Below, piece by piece: positions 41,156-52,200 of a DNA stretch of 64,000 bases; position 1 is the first letter of the stretch; every line of letters starts with the position of its first letter. Origin of the DNA: Candidatus Bathyarchaeia archaeon (lineage in GTDB: Archaea > Thermoproteota > CALKCG01 > B24); the NCBI GenBank assembly GCA_038870975.1, contig JAVZJD010000002.1, positions 192,001 to 256,000 on the forward strand. The letters are read 5' to 3'. The position numbers and the translations under genes were made by a program. The notes beneath the pieces are model-generated. The model made no database searches. It saw only the letters and a program-made list of their open reading frames with translations, and was not told the DNA's origin.

Positions 41156-42694
41156 ATGTGCGGCTATAAAGTGATATTGACTGCAGATGACACACTAATG
41201 TGTAATTATGGAGGCAATATTTTTCTAGGTTTTATGACGACTGGCCCAGTTTCGGGATTTAAGCCATTTAACGTCGCCATGAAATTCCTACTAAAGCCTA
41301 TACCAGTAGATGCTAGAGGGGCGGCTATTACGGCGCCCCTATCTCTGAGGATAATCGAGAGTATATTAATAGATTCAAACGTCGTAAAACCAGATGAAAT
41401 AGTTGTAACACACCCGAGATCTCTATCTAAGGTAATCTCCGAGGAGACTAGGATTATAGGTGTAAGTGTAATGGATCCTAAGGGTTTAGGACCAGCATCA
41501 TCGACCTTCTCCGGGCCCTATGGACTTATACACAGTGAACCCTATTCCGCCTACATGTTTAAGAGGCTTATTAGAAGCGAGGTTGTGCAGAAAGCGAGGA
41601 AGTGGGCCACCCTTGTAGTTGGTGGTTCTGGCGCATGGCAACTTACTATGGACGACTTAAATAAGCTAGGAATAGATGTACTATTCATAGGTGAAGCCGA
41701 GGAGGAGATCTCAAGACTTTTCAGAAGGCTTATCGAAGATGGGAGACCTGAGAAGCCGATGATTATTACAGCTAATCCAAGCCGCAGTATGCCTAGGATT
41801 AAAGGTGCAACCATATGCGGTCTAGTTGAGATATCTAGAGGCTGTGGAAGAGGCTGTAGATTCTGCACACCTACTATGAGGATTTTAAGACATAAGCCTT
41901 TAGAGGATATTCTACACGATGTGAAGGTGAATGTTGAAGCTGGTCAGAGAAACATATGCCTACACGCTGAGGATGTCCTTCAGTATGGTGGGACGGCCTT
42001 TAAGAAAAGGCCAGATTTGGTGTTTAAACTGTTCAGCTCAGTTATGAGCGTCGAGGGTGTTAGGTTTACCTCGGTGAGCCATGCGGCTTTAAGCTCCATA
42101 GCTGAGAACCCGAGGCTAGTCTCAGACATCAGTGAGGTCCTAGGTCTATCTAAGAGCAGATGGCTTGGATATCAGACTGGTATTGAAACGGGAAGCGTTA
42201 AGCTGATAGATAAGCTTATGCATATGAAGCCTTATCCATTTACGCCTAGAGAGTGGCCTAATGTTGTTGAAGAAGCCTTTAAGATAAGCTCAGACTACAA
42301 TTGGATTCCAGCCGCTACGCTAATGCTCAATCTACCTGGTGAAGAGCCTGAAGACGTGTTGGCTACGGCTGATTTAGTCGATAGACTTAAACCCTATAAG
42401 AGTTTAATCGTTCCACTGCTGTATGTTCCAATGGTAGATTCTCAGGGGCATAAAGCCCGAAGGCTTTTGGAGGATGCTGATGATGCCTATTGGCAGCTAT
42501 ATCATGCGATATGGCGACACGACATGAAGTGGATACCGGTTATAGCCAAGGAGTATTTAGCCGAAACAAGTCCCAAAGTAAGCTTACCGATAAGGTTTTT
42601 CATAAGCTTTGTAAAGAACGTTGTAAACCCGTTGATAGAGTTGAAGCTTTCGCAAATCAAAACGCTTGAAATTGCGGAGAAAATTAAAACCTAA
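41156..42694 (+). CDS. B12-binding-domain radical SAM protein
   Basis: GGSGAWQ, GEAE, RGCGRGCRFC, GIETGS. Confidence 0.88.
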   Translation: MCGYKVILTADDTLMCNYGGNIFLGFMTTGPVSGFKPFNVAMKFLLKPIPVDARGAAITAPLSLRIIESILIDSNVVKPDEIVVTHPRSLSKVISEETRIIGVSVMDPKGLGPASSTFSGPYGLIHSEPYSAYMFKRLIRSEVVQKARKWATLVVGGSGAWQLTMDDLNKLGIDVLFIGEAEEEISRLFRRLIEDGRPEKPMIITANPSRSMPRIKGATICGLVEISRGCGRGCRFCTPTMRILRHKPLEDILHDVKVNVEAGQRNICLHAEDVLQYGGTAFKKRPDLVFKLFSSVMSVEGVRFTSVSHAALSSIAENPRLVSDISEVLGLSKSRWLGYQTGIETGSVKLIDKLMHMKPYPFTPREWPNVVEEAFKISSDYNWIPAATLMLNLPGEEPEDVLATADLVDRLKPYKSLIVPLLYVPMVDSQGHKARRLLEDADDAYWQLYHAIWRHDMKWIPVIAKEYLAETSPKVSLPIRFFISFVKNVVNPLIELKLSQIKTLEIAEKIKT

Positions 42695-42704
42695 GGTGGT
42701 TTAA

Positions 42705-43769
42705 ATGGAGAAAACGCTCATAGTATATGACGACGTATTTTTAGAGCATTTGACTGGTCCAGAGCATCCTGAGAGTCCAGATAGGCTTAGAGCGATAATG
42801 AAGGGGCTTAGAGAGTTTAAACTACTTGAAAACCCTAAGATTAAACTCGAGAAGCCTCGGAGAGCTGGATTGGATGAACTATGTCTCGTACACAGTGAGG
42901 AGTATGTAGATTTCATAGAAAGTTTCTGCCGTAAAGGGGGAGGGGTTTTAGGAACCTGGGGTGGCGGAGTCGTATGCAGTAGGAGAAGCTTTGAAGTAGC
43001 GTGTTATGCCGTTGGAGGCGCTTTAAAGGCTGTAGATGAAGTTTTAAACGGAAGATTTCGGAATTCTATAGCTCTCATTAGACCCCCGGGACATCATGCT
43101 TCAACAGAGCTACCCTACGGCTTCTGCATATTTAATAACGTGGCTGTAGCCGCTAAATACCTCATGGAGGTGAAGGGGGTTAATAGGATTGCAATATTGG
43201 ATGTGGATGCTCATCATGGAAATGGCACTCAGGAGGTTTTCGAAGATACTTCCAAAGTGCTATATGTGAGTTTTCACCAAGATAGGATTTTCCCTGGCAC
43301 TGGGTCTATTGAAGAGGTGGGTAGGGGGGAGGGTGAAGGATTTAAAATAAACTTTCCACTACCACCCTACTCTAATGAAGAGATTTATTTGAAGGCTTTA
43401 AACGAAATAGTAGCTCCTATACTAGACCAGTTTAAGCCAGCTTACATACTTATATCGGCTGGTTTTGATGCACACCACCTCGATCCATTGACTGGTCTAG
43501 GCCTATCTAGTTTAGGCTACGTTGAAATCTATAGGTGGATTATGGAGAAGGCTGAGAAGTACACTGGTGGAAGGTTTACAGCGGTTCTTGAGGGAGGCTA
43601 TGACCGTGAAGCCCTTGGAAAGGCTGTGCCTTCTGTTGTAGCTACTATGGCAGGTTTAACTATAGAGGTTGACGACCCGCCTCAGAAAATGCCCGAAAAT
43701 TTGAGAAATGCCGCTCTACGGGTTTTAGAAAAAGTCTGGAAAACCATAGCCAACTATTGGACGCTTTAA
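42705..43769 (+). CDS. Histone deacetylase family protein
   Basis: HPESPDR, RPPGHHA, GFCIFNN, DVDAHHGNG, SAGFD, EGGY. Confidence 0.95.
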   Translation: MEKTLIVYDDVFLEHLTGPEHPESPDRLRAIMKGLREFKLLENPKIKLEKPRRAGLDELCLVHSEEYVDFIESFCRKGGGVLGTWGGGVVCSRRSFEVACYAVGGALKAVDEVLNGRFRNSIALIRPPGHHASTELPYGFCIFNNVAVAAKYLMEVKGVNRIAILDVDAHHGNGTQEVFEDTSKVLYVSFHQDRIFPGTGSIEEVGRGEGEGFKINFPLPPYSNEEIYLKALNEIVAPILDQFKPAYILISAGFDAHHLDPLTGLGLSSLGYVEIYRWIMEKAEKYTGGRFTAVLEGGYDREALGKAVPSVVATMAGLTIEVDDPPQKMPENLRNAALRVLEKVWKTIANYWTL

Positions 43770-43773
43770 TTTT

Positions 43774-45120
43774 CTACTCACCCGATAGTTTGACTTCTCT
43801 AATCTTTACCGCTGGGAAGAAGTGCCCCCCGCCGAATACTCGCCCATCTTTAGATATGAGTTCAATGTCTCTGAATAGATTTAGAATGTGTCCACCAGCC
43901 ATAAGGTTTTTAATCGGATGCTTCTTTTCACCGTTCTCTATTAGGAAGCCTTCGTCGATCGTCGCTGAGAATTCTCCGGAGACCATATTGGGTGTGAAAG
44001 ATGCTCTTGTAACCAGAATGCCTCTCTTTGTTTCAGCTATCATCTCATCTAGCGTACTATCGCCAGGTTTAACTCTGATGTTGCTCGGTCCAGCGCCTAC
44101 GTATCCACTATAGCCGCTTCTAATGGCATGTCCAGTGGACTCAACGTTCATTATACCAGCGGAGTAGGAGTTATGTAGGAAAGTTAGTACAGTGCCTTTT
44201 TCCACAACTTTCAACGGTCTTTTAGGGACCCCCTCGCCATCGTATGTACTGCTTGCTACCGCACCTGGAATAGTTCCATCGTCTAAAACCTCGAGGCTTT
44301 CAGGCCCTATCTGCTTATTCAAAAGCCCAGATGCGAAGGTTCTCTTCTTAACAGCAGATTCACCTGATAGGGCTGCCAATAGGTTGAAGAATAGTGAGTC
44401 TCCAGATGCCTCGGGCGCTAAGATTAACGGCATGGAGTCGCTCTTAATTCTTTTAGAGCCGAACTGTTTCACCGCGTTCTCAGCAGCTCTTTCACCAATC
44501 CATTGGGGTTTTATATTGGATAGCGCGGTTGCATATTCGAATTCAAAGGAGCTTCCAACGTCATCCCCCTCTCTATAAACGGGCTGTATGTAAGCTGAGG
44601 CATACGTCTTTTCAAAACTGATTGATACACCTGTTGAAGTCATTAGGTACGATTTAACGTAGCCTGCGCCGAATCCACCGAAATACGTTGCTCCCCTTCG
44701 GATGCTTTCAGCGGCTTCGATCATTTCCTTAGGGATTCGGCTTATAGATTCCAGTGTAATATCGACTATTTCACCGTCGCACAACCCTGGGACTTCTGGC
44801 GCCTTAGATGGGCCCGGTATGCCTTTAAAATATGGATCTGGCTGTGAAATCCTAGCGAATACAACGGCCCGTTTAACAGTCGCTTCTATATCATTTTCCT
44901 CTAGGCTTTGTGAAAACGTAACACCCATGCCTCTATTCTTGAATACTCTTACACCTATACCGACATCTACATGGGAAGTCGCCTCTTTAATGCCTCTTCC
45001 TAGGATACTGATGCTTAATGATCGAGAGTATGATGCGACAACGTCGTAGAAGTCTAAATCGAACCTACTGAGCATACGCATAGCCTTCTCCACTGGTGTA
45101 ACTAGGTCTGCTTTCGCCAT
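43774..45120 (-). CDS. pmbA: TldE/PmbA family protein
   Basis: YDGEG, STGHA, GEFS; no HExxxH. Confidence 0.88.
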   Translation of the reverse strand: MAKADLVTPVEKAMRMLSRFDLDFYDVVASYSRSLSISILGRGIKEATSHVDVGIGVRVFKNRGMGVTFSQSLEENDIEATVKRAVVFARISQPDPYFKGIPGPSKAPEVPGLCDGEIVDITLESISRIPKEMIEAAESIRRGATYFGGFGAGYVKSYLMTSTGVSISFEKTYASAYIQPVYREGDDVGSSFEFEYATALSNIKPQWIGERAAENAVKQFGSKRIKSDSMPLILAPEASGDSLFFNLLAALSGESAVKKRTFASGLLNKQIGPESLEVLDDGTIPGAVASSTYDGEGVPKRPLKVVEKGTVLTFLHNSYSAGIMNVESTGHAIRSGYSGYVGAGPSNIRVKPGDSTLDEMIAETKRGILVTRASFTPNMVSGEFSATIDEGFLIENGEKKHPIKNLMAGGHILNLFRDIELISKDGRVFGGGHFFPAVKIREVKLSGE

Positions 45121-45123
45121 AAT

Positions 45124-46527
45124 CTACTGCCTCCCACCGACAACTATACCATCTATTCTAAAATGTGGCGCTCCAGCGTCGATGTACATTCCCTGCCCAG
45201 ATTTACCGCACATACCCGGCATCTCCATCTTTAAGTCTCTGCCGACTGCAGTTATATTCTTCAAAGCTTCGAGAGTTAAACCGTTTATAGCAACGTCTCT
45301 CAAATGCTCCGTTAATTCACCCTTCTCTATCAGCCATGCATCTTCAACCTTGCACGTAAACTGTCCCTTCTGCGATTCGACATAACCATACTGGGAACCT
45401 GATAGGTAGACGCCGAGGCTTATATCTTCTAGGACTTCCTCAAGAGTCATATCTCCTGGGGCGAGATAGGTGTTCGACATACGTACAATAGGCGGGTAGT
45501 GGTGCGATTGAGCTCTAGCGCTACCCTCAGGTTGACCACCCAGTTTAGCGGCGGATTCAAGCGAGTGTAGGAAGCCTACTAGAATACCGTCCTTTATAAT
45601 TACGTGGGGCTTGGCTTTCACCCCTTCATGATCATATATGAAGTGCCCGAAGTTTCTTTTCGTCGGGTCGTCGATTATCGTTACGAGATGATTGGCTATT
45701 CTCTGGTGCATTTTATCAGATATTATCGATTGCCCACTGTACACTAAATCGCCTTCGCTATTATGGCCTATGGCCTCGTGGACGAATAAGCCACCGACTC
45801 TTGGGTCTACAACGACTGGGTATGTACCCCTCGGAGGCGGATGCGCTGTTAAAAGTTGTACGGCTTTCTTAGCGGCTTTCAGAGAGAAGTCTTCAGTGTT
45901 AATTCCCTCGATCAACTCATACCCAGCGACGTTTCCAACCGCTTCAAAACCCTCCTGCATGTTTTCACCCTCCTTCGCTATTACCCTGCAAAATATCATT
46001 GTTCTCGGAGTAGTCTCCTCAACGAGTGTTCCAAAGGAGTTGCATACAATTACCCTTGTTATAACGTCTCTATAGCTTATGAAGGTGTCTTTAACTCTAT
46101 CGCTAAGTGTTCTAGCATCTTTCTCCAGTTCAAGCACCCTCTTAACTTTCTCCTCCGGGCTTACATCTTCAGGGTTTATCTTTACATCGTGTACAACCGT
46201 GTCAACCGAAGGTTTTACTTCGACTATCTTCGCCTCCTCTCCAACGTGGGCCATTATAGATTTAGCGCCTCCTATGGCATCCTCCAAGGCTTTTTCAACG
46301 CTTTGCCTCGTAGGTATATTCGTCGATGCAAAACCCCAATGTCCGCCAACTATAACCCTTACACCGACGCCTCTTAATATTCCTGAGGATAGTACTCTTG
46401 CAATACCGTTCTCAACGCCTATACTACTACTTCTCTCTTCAAAATATCTAGCTTCACAGAAGCTAGCGCCTCTATTAAGCCCTTTCTGAACAACTTCTTC
46501 AAGGAGTTCTCTCAATAAGTGCACCAA
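45124..46527 (-). CDS. tldD: TldD metalloprotease
   Basis: HEAIGH, RMSNTY, GMCGK. Confidence 0.92.
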   Translation of the reverse strand: MVHLLRELLEEVVQKGLNRGASFCEARYFEERSSSIGVENGIARVLSSGILRGVGVRVIVGGHWGFASTNIPTRQSVEKALEDAIGGAKSIMAHVGEEAKIVEVKPSVDTVVHDVKINPEDVSPEEKVKRVLELEKDARTLSDRVKDTFISYRDVITRVIVCNSFGTLVEETTPRTMIFCRVIAKEGENMQEGFEAVGNVAGYELIEGINTEDFSLKAAKKAVQLLTAHPPPRGTYPVVVDPRVGGLFVHEAIGHNSEGDLVYSGQSIISDKMHQRIANHLVTIIDDPTKRNFGHFIYDHEGVKAKPHVIIKDGILVGFLHSLESAAKLGGQPEGSARAQSHHYPPIVRMSNTYLAPGDMTLEEVLEDISLGVYLSGSQYGYVESQKGQFTCKVEDAWLIEKGELTEHLRDVAINGLTLEALKNITAVGRDLKMEMPGMCGKSGQGMYIDAGAPHFRIDGIVVGGRQ

Positions 46528-46624
46528 GGTTTAGTGTGTATGGCTAAGATTTAACGTTTTCCACCCTTCATACAGCATTGGATGATTTGATCGGCACGTC
46601 CCACACATTACGATTCTACTGGAT

Positions 46625-47536
46625 TTAAATTTTAATGATCCAATTGGCATATTTATCGATTTTACCCAGAACCACTTCGAAATATTGTTCTCTTATCTTT
46701 CTCGTTACAGGACCTGGAGACCCATCTCCAACTGTTCGATTGTCTATGCTTACTATGGGTGTTATCTCGGCGGCTGTCCCTGTGAAGAAGGCTTCGTCAC
46801 ACGTATACAGTTCGCTTCTAGCTATAAGTCTCTCTTGAACTTTAAACCCTAGGTCTTCAGCTATCCTCATAACAGTATCCCGGGTTATACCTTCGAGTAT
46901 GCCTGAAACTGTTGGAGGGGTTGAGAGAACGCCGTCCTTCACCAGGAATATATTTTCACCAGTGCCCTCGCAAACATAGCCGTGGCTATCAAGGAATATG
47001 GCTTCATCAAACCCGTTCAAAACGGCCTCTACTTTAGCTAGGCATGAATTTACGTAGTTTCCACAGACCTTAGCCGCAGGTGGTTGACTATCTACGGATA
47101 TTCTACGCCATGAGGATACGCAACATCTAACTCCTTTCTCTTCTAGGTATTTTCCAAATGGAAAGACCGCTATGGCGGTTTTTACTGGTGCTTTAAGGGG
47201 ATTTAACCCTATAACACCGTAGCCTCTGTAGACTATCGGTCTAATGTAGCAGTTCTCTCTAATAGCATTCATTTTAACAGTTTCCACTACGGCCTCCTCT
47301 ATTTGTGCTGGAGTATAGGGTATATTCATGTAGAAGATTTTAGCCGAATTGAAAAGCCTCACTATGTGGTCTCTAAGTCTGAATATTTTTAAAACGCCTT
47401 CATCCCAGTAGCCTCTAATACCTTCGAATACGGCTGTACCGTAGTGAAGGGCGTGAGTCATTACGTGGACTTTAGCTTCTGACCATTCTACGAACTCACC
47501 GTCCATCCAAATACACTTAGCTTCAGATATGGACAT
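46625..47536 (-). CDS. ilvE: Branched-chain amino acid aminotransferase
   Basis: LHYGTAVFEG, YIRP, AKVCGNY, EGTGENIF, GITR, GTAAE; start taken at ATG 47536. Confidence 0.94.
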   Translation of the reverse strand: MSISEAKCIWMDGEFVEWSEAKVHVMTHALHYGTAVFEGIRGYWDEGVLKIFRLRDHIVRLFNSAKIFYMNIPYTPAQIEEAVVETVKMNAIRENCYIRPIVYRGYGVIGLNPLKAPVKTAIAVFPFGKYLEEKGVRCCVSSWRRISVDSQPPAAKVCGNYVNSCLAKVEAVLNGFDEAIFLDSHGYVCEGTGENIFLVKDGVLSTPPTVSGILEGITRDTVMRIAEDLGFKVQERLIARSELYTCDEAFFTGTAAEITPIVSIDNRTVGDGSPGPVTRKIREQYFEVVLGKIDKYANWIIKI

Positions 47537-47571
47537 ATAGAGACCTTTTAATAATTCCGAGATAACACTTA

Positions 47572-47985
47572 TTAGTATTTCCACTGAGTAATGATGTGTT
47601 TTAGCGACTTTTGGAATTCCTCTATGGATTTAAACATGTAGTCCACGTGTACGACTATCCATGGGCTTGGATTTTCGAACTCGCATATGGCTACTGTCTT
47701 CTTCCCAGACCTTTTAGCGTAGAAAAGCTCCATACAGACTCCTGCGCTTAGAGTAGGCATATATGCTAGGAAGACGTCGCATTTATCTATGTCTCTAAGG
47801 TCTCTTTCAACCAGTGCTTTAAGTCTACTCGTTTCAAAGTCTCCACGGTATATTAGCTTCTCCCTCTGCCACGGGTTTAAGACTTCACATCCGGCTTTTT
47901 CAAGCATATCCGTTAATACGACTCTGTAATCCTGCCTATCTTCAAAGCCATGTATCGGTCCAGCTAGGAAGACTCTTATCTTCAC
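47572..47985 (-). CDS. Nucleoside 2-deoxyribosyltransferase family protein
   Basis: VFLAGPI, DLRDIDKCD, SAGVCME. Confidence 0.8.
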   Translation of the reverse strand: MKIRVFLAGPIHGFEDRQDYRVVLTDMLEKAGCEVLNPWQREKLIYRGDFETSRLKALVERDLRDIDKCDVFLAYMPTLSAGVCMELFYAKRSGKKTVAICEFENPSPWIVVHVDYMFKSIEEFQKSLKHIITQWKY

Positions 47986-48035
47986 TGGGAAACTGTTATA
48001 ATCAGCGTCTATTTGAAGATTTACTGGGTCACATT

Positions 48036-49220
48036 ATGAACTTTAACCTGGATTATGAGGTTGAGGTTTTAAGTAAAATAGTATCCATAAACACAGATGT
48101 TGAATCTAAGATTGGATACGGTGAATGCGCAGAAGTTATAGCTGAGGAGGCTGGGAAACTCGGGTTAAGCGTCTCCATATACGACTCCATGGGATTGGCT
48201 GGCGACGGTAGGCCTAGGCCAAATGTTATAGCTAGGCTCGACGTAGGCTCTAACCGTACAGCTTCTCTAGTTACACACTACGACGTTGTACCCGCTGGCG
48301 GAGGGTGGAGTAGCGACCCGTTTAAATTGAAGGTTACTGATGGAAAAGCCTATGGTAGAGGGGCGGCTGATGATAAAGGCGCTATAGTAGCTGCCTTAGG
48401 GGCTTTAAGACTTGTAGGTGAAAAGGCTAAGGTGAATGTTATCTTAATAGCATCCCCAGATGAAGAAGTTGGCGGTGAGCTTGGAGTAGGCTATCTTGTA
48501 AATCACGTTGGAATTAAATGCGATGAGGCTGTGGTTTTAGATTCAAGCCCGGAGTTCGTATCCATCGGAGCCTCCGGGGTTGTAAACGGCTGGTTTAGGG
48601 TTAAAGGCATTCAAGGTCATGCTGGCTATCCGCATAGAGCTTTAAACCCCATACACGGTATGGTCCGTCTGATCGTGGGGTTGGAGGAGTTTTCAAACCT
48701 GAGGGCTACGAGGCTTTCGAGGATAGATTCACCTCCTGGTTCACCGATTAGAAAGGTTTGGGGTAGATTTAGTGTGACGATTGTTAGATCCGGTGTTAAA
48801 AGCAACGTTATACCTGGCGATGCTGAAGCCTGCTTCGATATGAGGACATTACCTGATGAAGACCCTATGGATGCTGTTGAGGAGTTTAAAGCCTACTTCT
48901 ACTCGTTGGTTAAAAACCTAGGTTTAAACGCTGAAATCTACAGAGTCGGCGTAAGCCGGGGCTATTACACTAGGCCTGAGCATGAGTTTGTCCTGAGGTT
49001 TAAAAGGGCTGTTTCAAAGGTCTATGGGTGTGAGGCTCCTATAGCTGCTGAACTTGGCGGGAATGATGGGAAGTTCTTTGCGGAGAATGGGGTGCCTGTT
49101 GTTTCATTCGGATGTATAGGTCCAGATACGAATTTTCACGGTGTGAATGAGTTTGTACACCTTAGGCATATCGCTTTGGTCAGAGATGTTCTCATCGAGT
49201 ATATCTCTACATACCCCTAG
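48036..49220 (+). CDS. M20 family metallo-hydrolase (ArgE/DapE-like)
   Basis: HYDVVP, GRGAADDKG, DEE, GGND, HGVNE. Confidence 0.9.
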   Translation: MNFNLDYEVEVLSKIVSINTDVESKIGYGECAEVIAEEAGKLGLSVSIYDSMGLAGDGRPRPNVIARLDVGSNRTASLVTHYDVVPAGGGWSSDPFKLKVTDGKAYGRGAADDKGAIVAALGALRLVGEKAKVNVILIASPDEEVGGELGVGYLVNHVGIKCDEAVVLDSSPEFVSIGASGVVNGWFRVKGIQGHAGYPHRALNPIHGMVRLIVGLEEFSNLRATRLSRIDSPPGSPIRKVWGRFSVTIVRSGVKSNVIPGDAEACFDMRTLPDEDPMDAVEEFKAYFYSLVKNLGLNAEIYRVGVSRGYYTRPEHEFVLRFKRAVSKVYGCEAPIAAELGGNDGKFFAENGVPVVSFGCIGPDTNFHGVNEFVHLRHIALVRDVLIEYISTYP

Positions 49221-49228
49221 CCTCTACA

Positions 49229-52200
49229 TTATGGCATACTTCTTATGCCGTCTATTTCGATTCTAAGCGTCTTTACGACGTCTTGGTAGTTTAATTTTCC
49301 GTTCTCTATGAGCCACATGGCCTCCTCAAGCTTTCTAGTCGTCTCCTCAGAGATGAAGGGTTGGAATCTCTCGTTTAAATAATTGAAGATTTTCACACCC
49401 ATTCTTGTCGGTATGAGGGATTTTCTATTCTTTGAGGCTAAAACGTATCCTCTTTCGAAAAGGGTTTCCACTATTTTAGCGTACGTTGATGGTCTACCTA
49501 TACCTCTCTCCTTCATTAAGGCGATTACATCGCCCTGCGTATAGAGCGGTACACTCGGCGCCCTCCAGTGTCTAACGTTGGCTATTCCTAAGAAGCCTTC
49601 TTTAATTGGAGGTATTGTTCTAATTGGTCTGACGAGGTTGAAGCCATTTTCAATAATGCTTGAATAGCCTTCTAGTTCAAATTCCCTATTCAGAATTCTA
49701 ACTTTAAACGACTGCTTTTCGACTTTAACTGGCTTCATTTGACTCGCTATGAATCTTCGGAATATGAGCTCATACAGGGAGAAGTGCTTATTAGTGAGCC
49801 TCTTAGCAAGCCTCATAAGCCCCAGAGTCACGAGTTCTCTTATTCTAGCGGCATCCAGACTCCTAGTTGGTCTTATGCATTCATGTGCCCCCTCAGCATA
49901 CCAAACCCTAGGTGTTACAAAATCAGAGCCGAACCTACTCGTAATGTAGTCTCTAGCTATCTCTATACCTACTTGTGACACTCTATGGCTGTCGGTTCTA
50001 TGGTAAGTTATCAACCCGAGCTCGAAGAGATCTTGAGCTAAAGCCATTGCCTCTGTAGCCCCTAAACCCAGGGAGGCTGAGGCTTCTCTAAGCATAGAGT
50101 CTGTTGTAAAGGGAGGGGGTGGATTAACTTCAATAACTTCTGTTTTAAGCCCCGTGACCTCGGCTTTAGCATTCTTCAACTCTTCTATGTAGTGTCTAAG
50201 CTCTTTCCTATGCATACGGTTTTCAGATACGACGATTTTAAGACCATTTTCAAGTTTTAACTCGAAAAACTCTTTTACGGACCTCTTCGACTCATACATC
50301 CTACTTATGATCCATCCTAGAACTGGTGTTTGCACTCTCCCGGCTGAAAGTCTTCTACTCCCGAAGGCCTTCCACAGCTTCTGGCTCAGTTCGAAACCTA
50401 TCCACCTGTCTTCAATCCGCCTTGTTATTTGAGCCTCGACGAGGTTTAGATTTATATCCCTTAGGTTTTTAAGCGCTTCTCGGAGGGCTCTCCTCGTGAC
50501 TTCGTGAAATTCGGCTCTTTTAACCATACCTGTGAAGGGTTTAATCGCCACGTGTAGGTCCCAAGCGATCTTCTCACCTTCAGCGTCGGCGTCTGTTCCA
50601 AGTATCACTAGGTCTACTTCCTTAGCTAGGTTTCTCAGACTATCTACTACGGATGATTTATCGTAGATATTCGTTGAACCGCATGATGGACATACTTTGG
50701 AGCTACTGACAAATGTGTATCCACATTTGAAACACCTTTTAATGGTTGAGTAGACTGGGACGTAGAGTCCTTCAACGTCCAGAACGCCGTAGAGTCCAAG
50801 GTCTTCAATTGTTAAATCCATGATGTGGCCTCCTGTTGCCGCTATAGCTAAAATGTAGTCTCCAGTGTTGACTTCGAAAGCTGTTAGATTTCCTATACGC
50901 CTCTTACTCGGTCTTCCGAATAGTCTGGCGATAGTTCTGGCCTTATTGGGAGATTCTACTATGAATAGGGCTGCTTTAACAAGGTCTTTGAATTCTGCTT
51001 TAACTCTTCCATCCATGAGGTCTTTTATAGCTTTTCTATCTTCATCGACGCTTTTTAAAATATCGTCCAGGCTGACGTCGGACAGGTTGCGCCAGTTTAT
51101 ATCCTCTATGAACCATCGGGTCTCCCTCATGAGACCGTTGAAAGCTTTATGATTGTCTACTAGAACTATCGACAATCCTTTGGATACACCTCCAGCGTAC
51201 ATCCTCGATGTTCTACCTGAGGCTTGAATGTAAGCCACTGGGTCTGGCACCACTAGGTAGAAGACTCCGTCTTCCTTCTCCAAGCCTATGTATGGGCTTT
51301 CCTCCAAGGCCTTCAGTACTTCGCCTCTGGAAAGGGCGTCACTTAAAAACTCCAAACACTCTTCTATGGTTATTCTAGCCCTTTCAGGTATGGGTGGTAG
51401 AGGCTCTCCTTTAGCTATTGCCTTCGTTATACTCTCCTGAAGCTGTAGAGGTATTATACGGCTTGCAACTCTAAGCTCGTTCAGAAGCCTTAGAGCCTCC
51501 GCCTGCTCTCTCTCAGGTAAAAACTCCATTATGTTTGCCAGTAGGATTATGGCTTTAGATACTCTAAACTTCTGCTTCACGTCCAGGTCTATGTGCATCT
51601 TAGGAACCCCTACGAAGAGAGCGTATCTAACTCTGTATGGAAGGTCTATACCTCGGACGAGGGGGCTTCTGTAGGATGCAACTCCTATTAAAACGTCGTA
51701 GACACCTTCGGAGAACTTCTCTAAAACTCTTTTTCTAACCCTTGTGAGGGATTCTGCTTTAACACCCCGCTCTGTGAGGAAGTTTTTAAGCTTATCGGCG
51801 TATTCTGCTCCAAGGTTCATAGGGATGTATATTAAACCCCCTGATCCCAGCTTCTCTATGAGCTTATAAGCATCCTCCTCTAGGTTTTTAGATTCAACGT
51901 ACAGGTCTGCGACGTTACGACCCACGTCCATTCTAGAGGATATTTCAAAGCCCAGTAGTTCTCCGAATAGGAGGACGTGTCTAGTTCTTCTGGCTCTTAT
52001 AGATGCTCCAGATACGACTAGTACTCCTACGTTCCTCCTCTTAGCCTCGAGACTGTTCATGAGTTTTGAGATTTCATCGTATAGTTCTGAGGCCTCTGAG
52101 AAGCTTCTCCTTCTAAGCTTTCTGCCCAATTCCCTTCTCAGGTCTATGAGGCTTGAGGCATTTTTTAGGTCCTCCTGGTTGAACCCGAGTAGTATGAGAA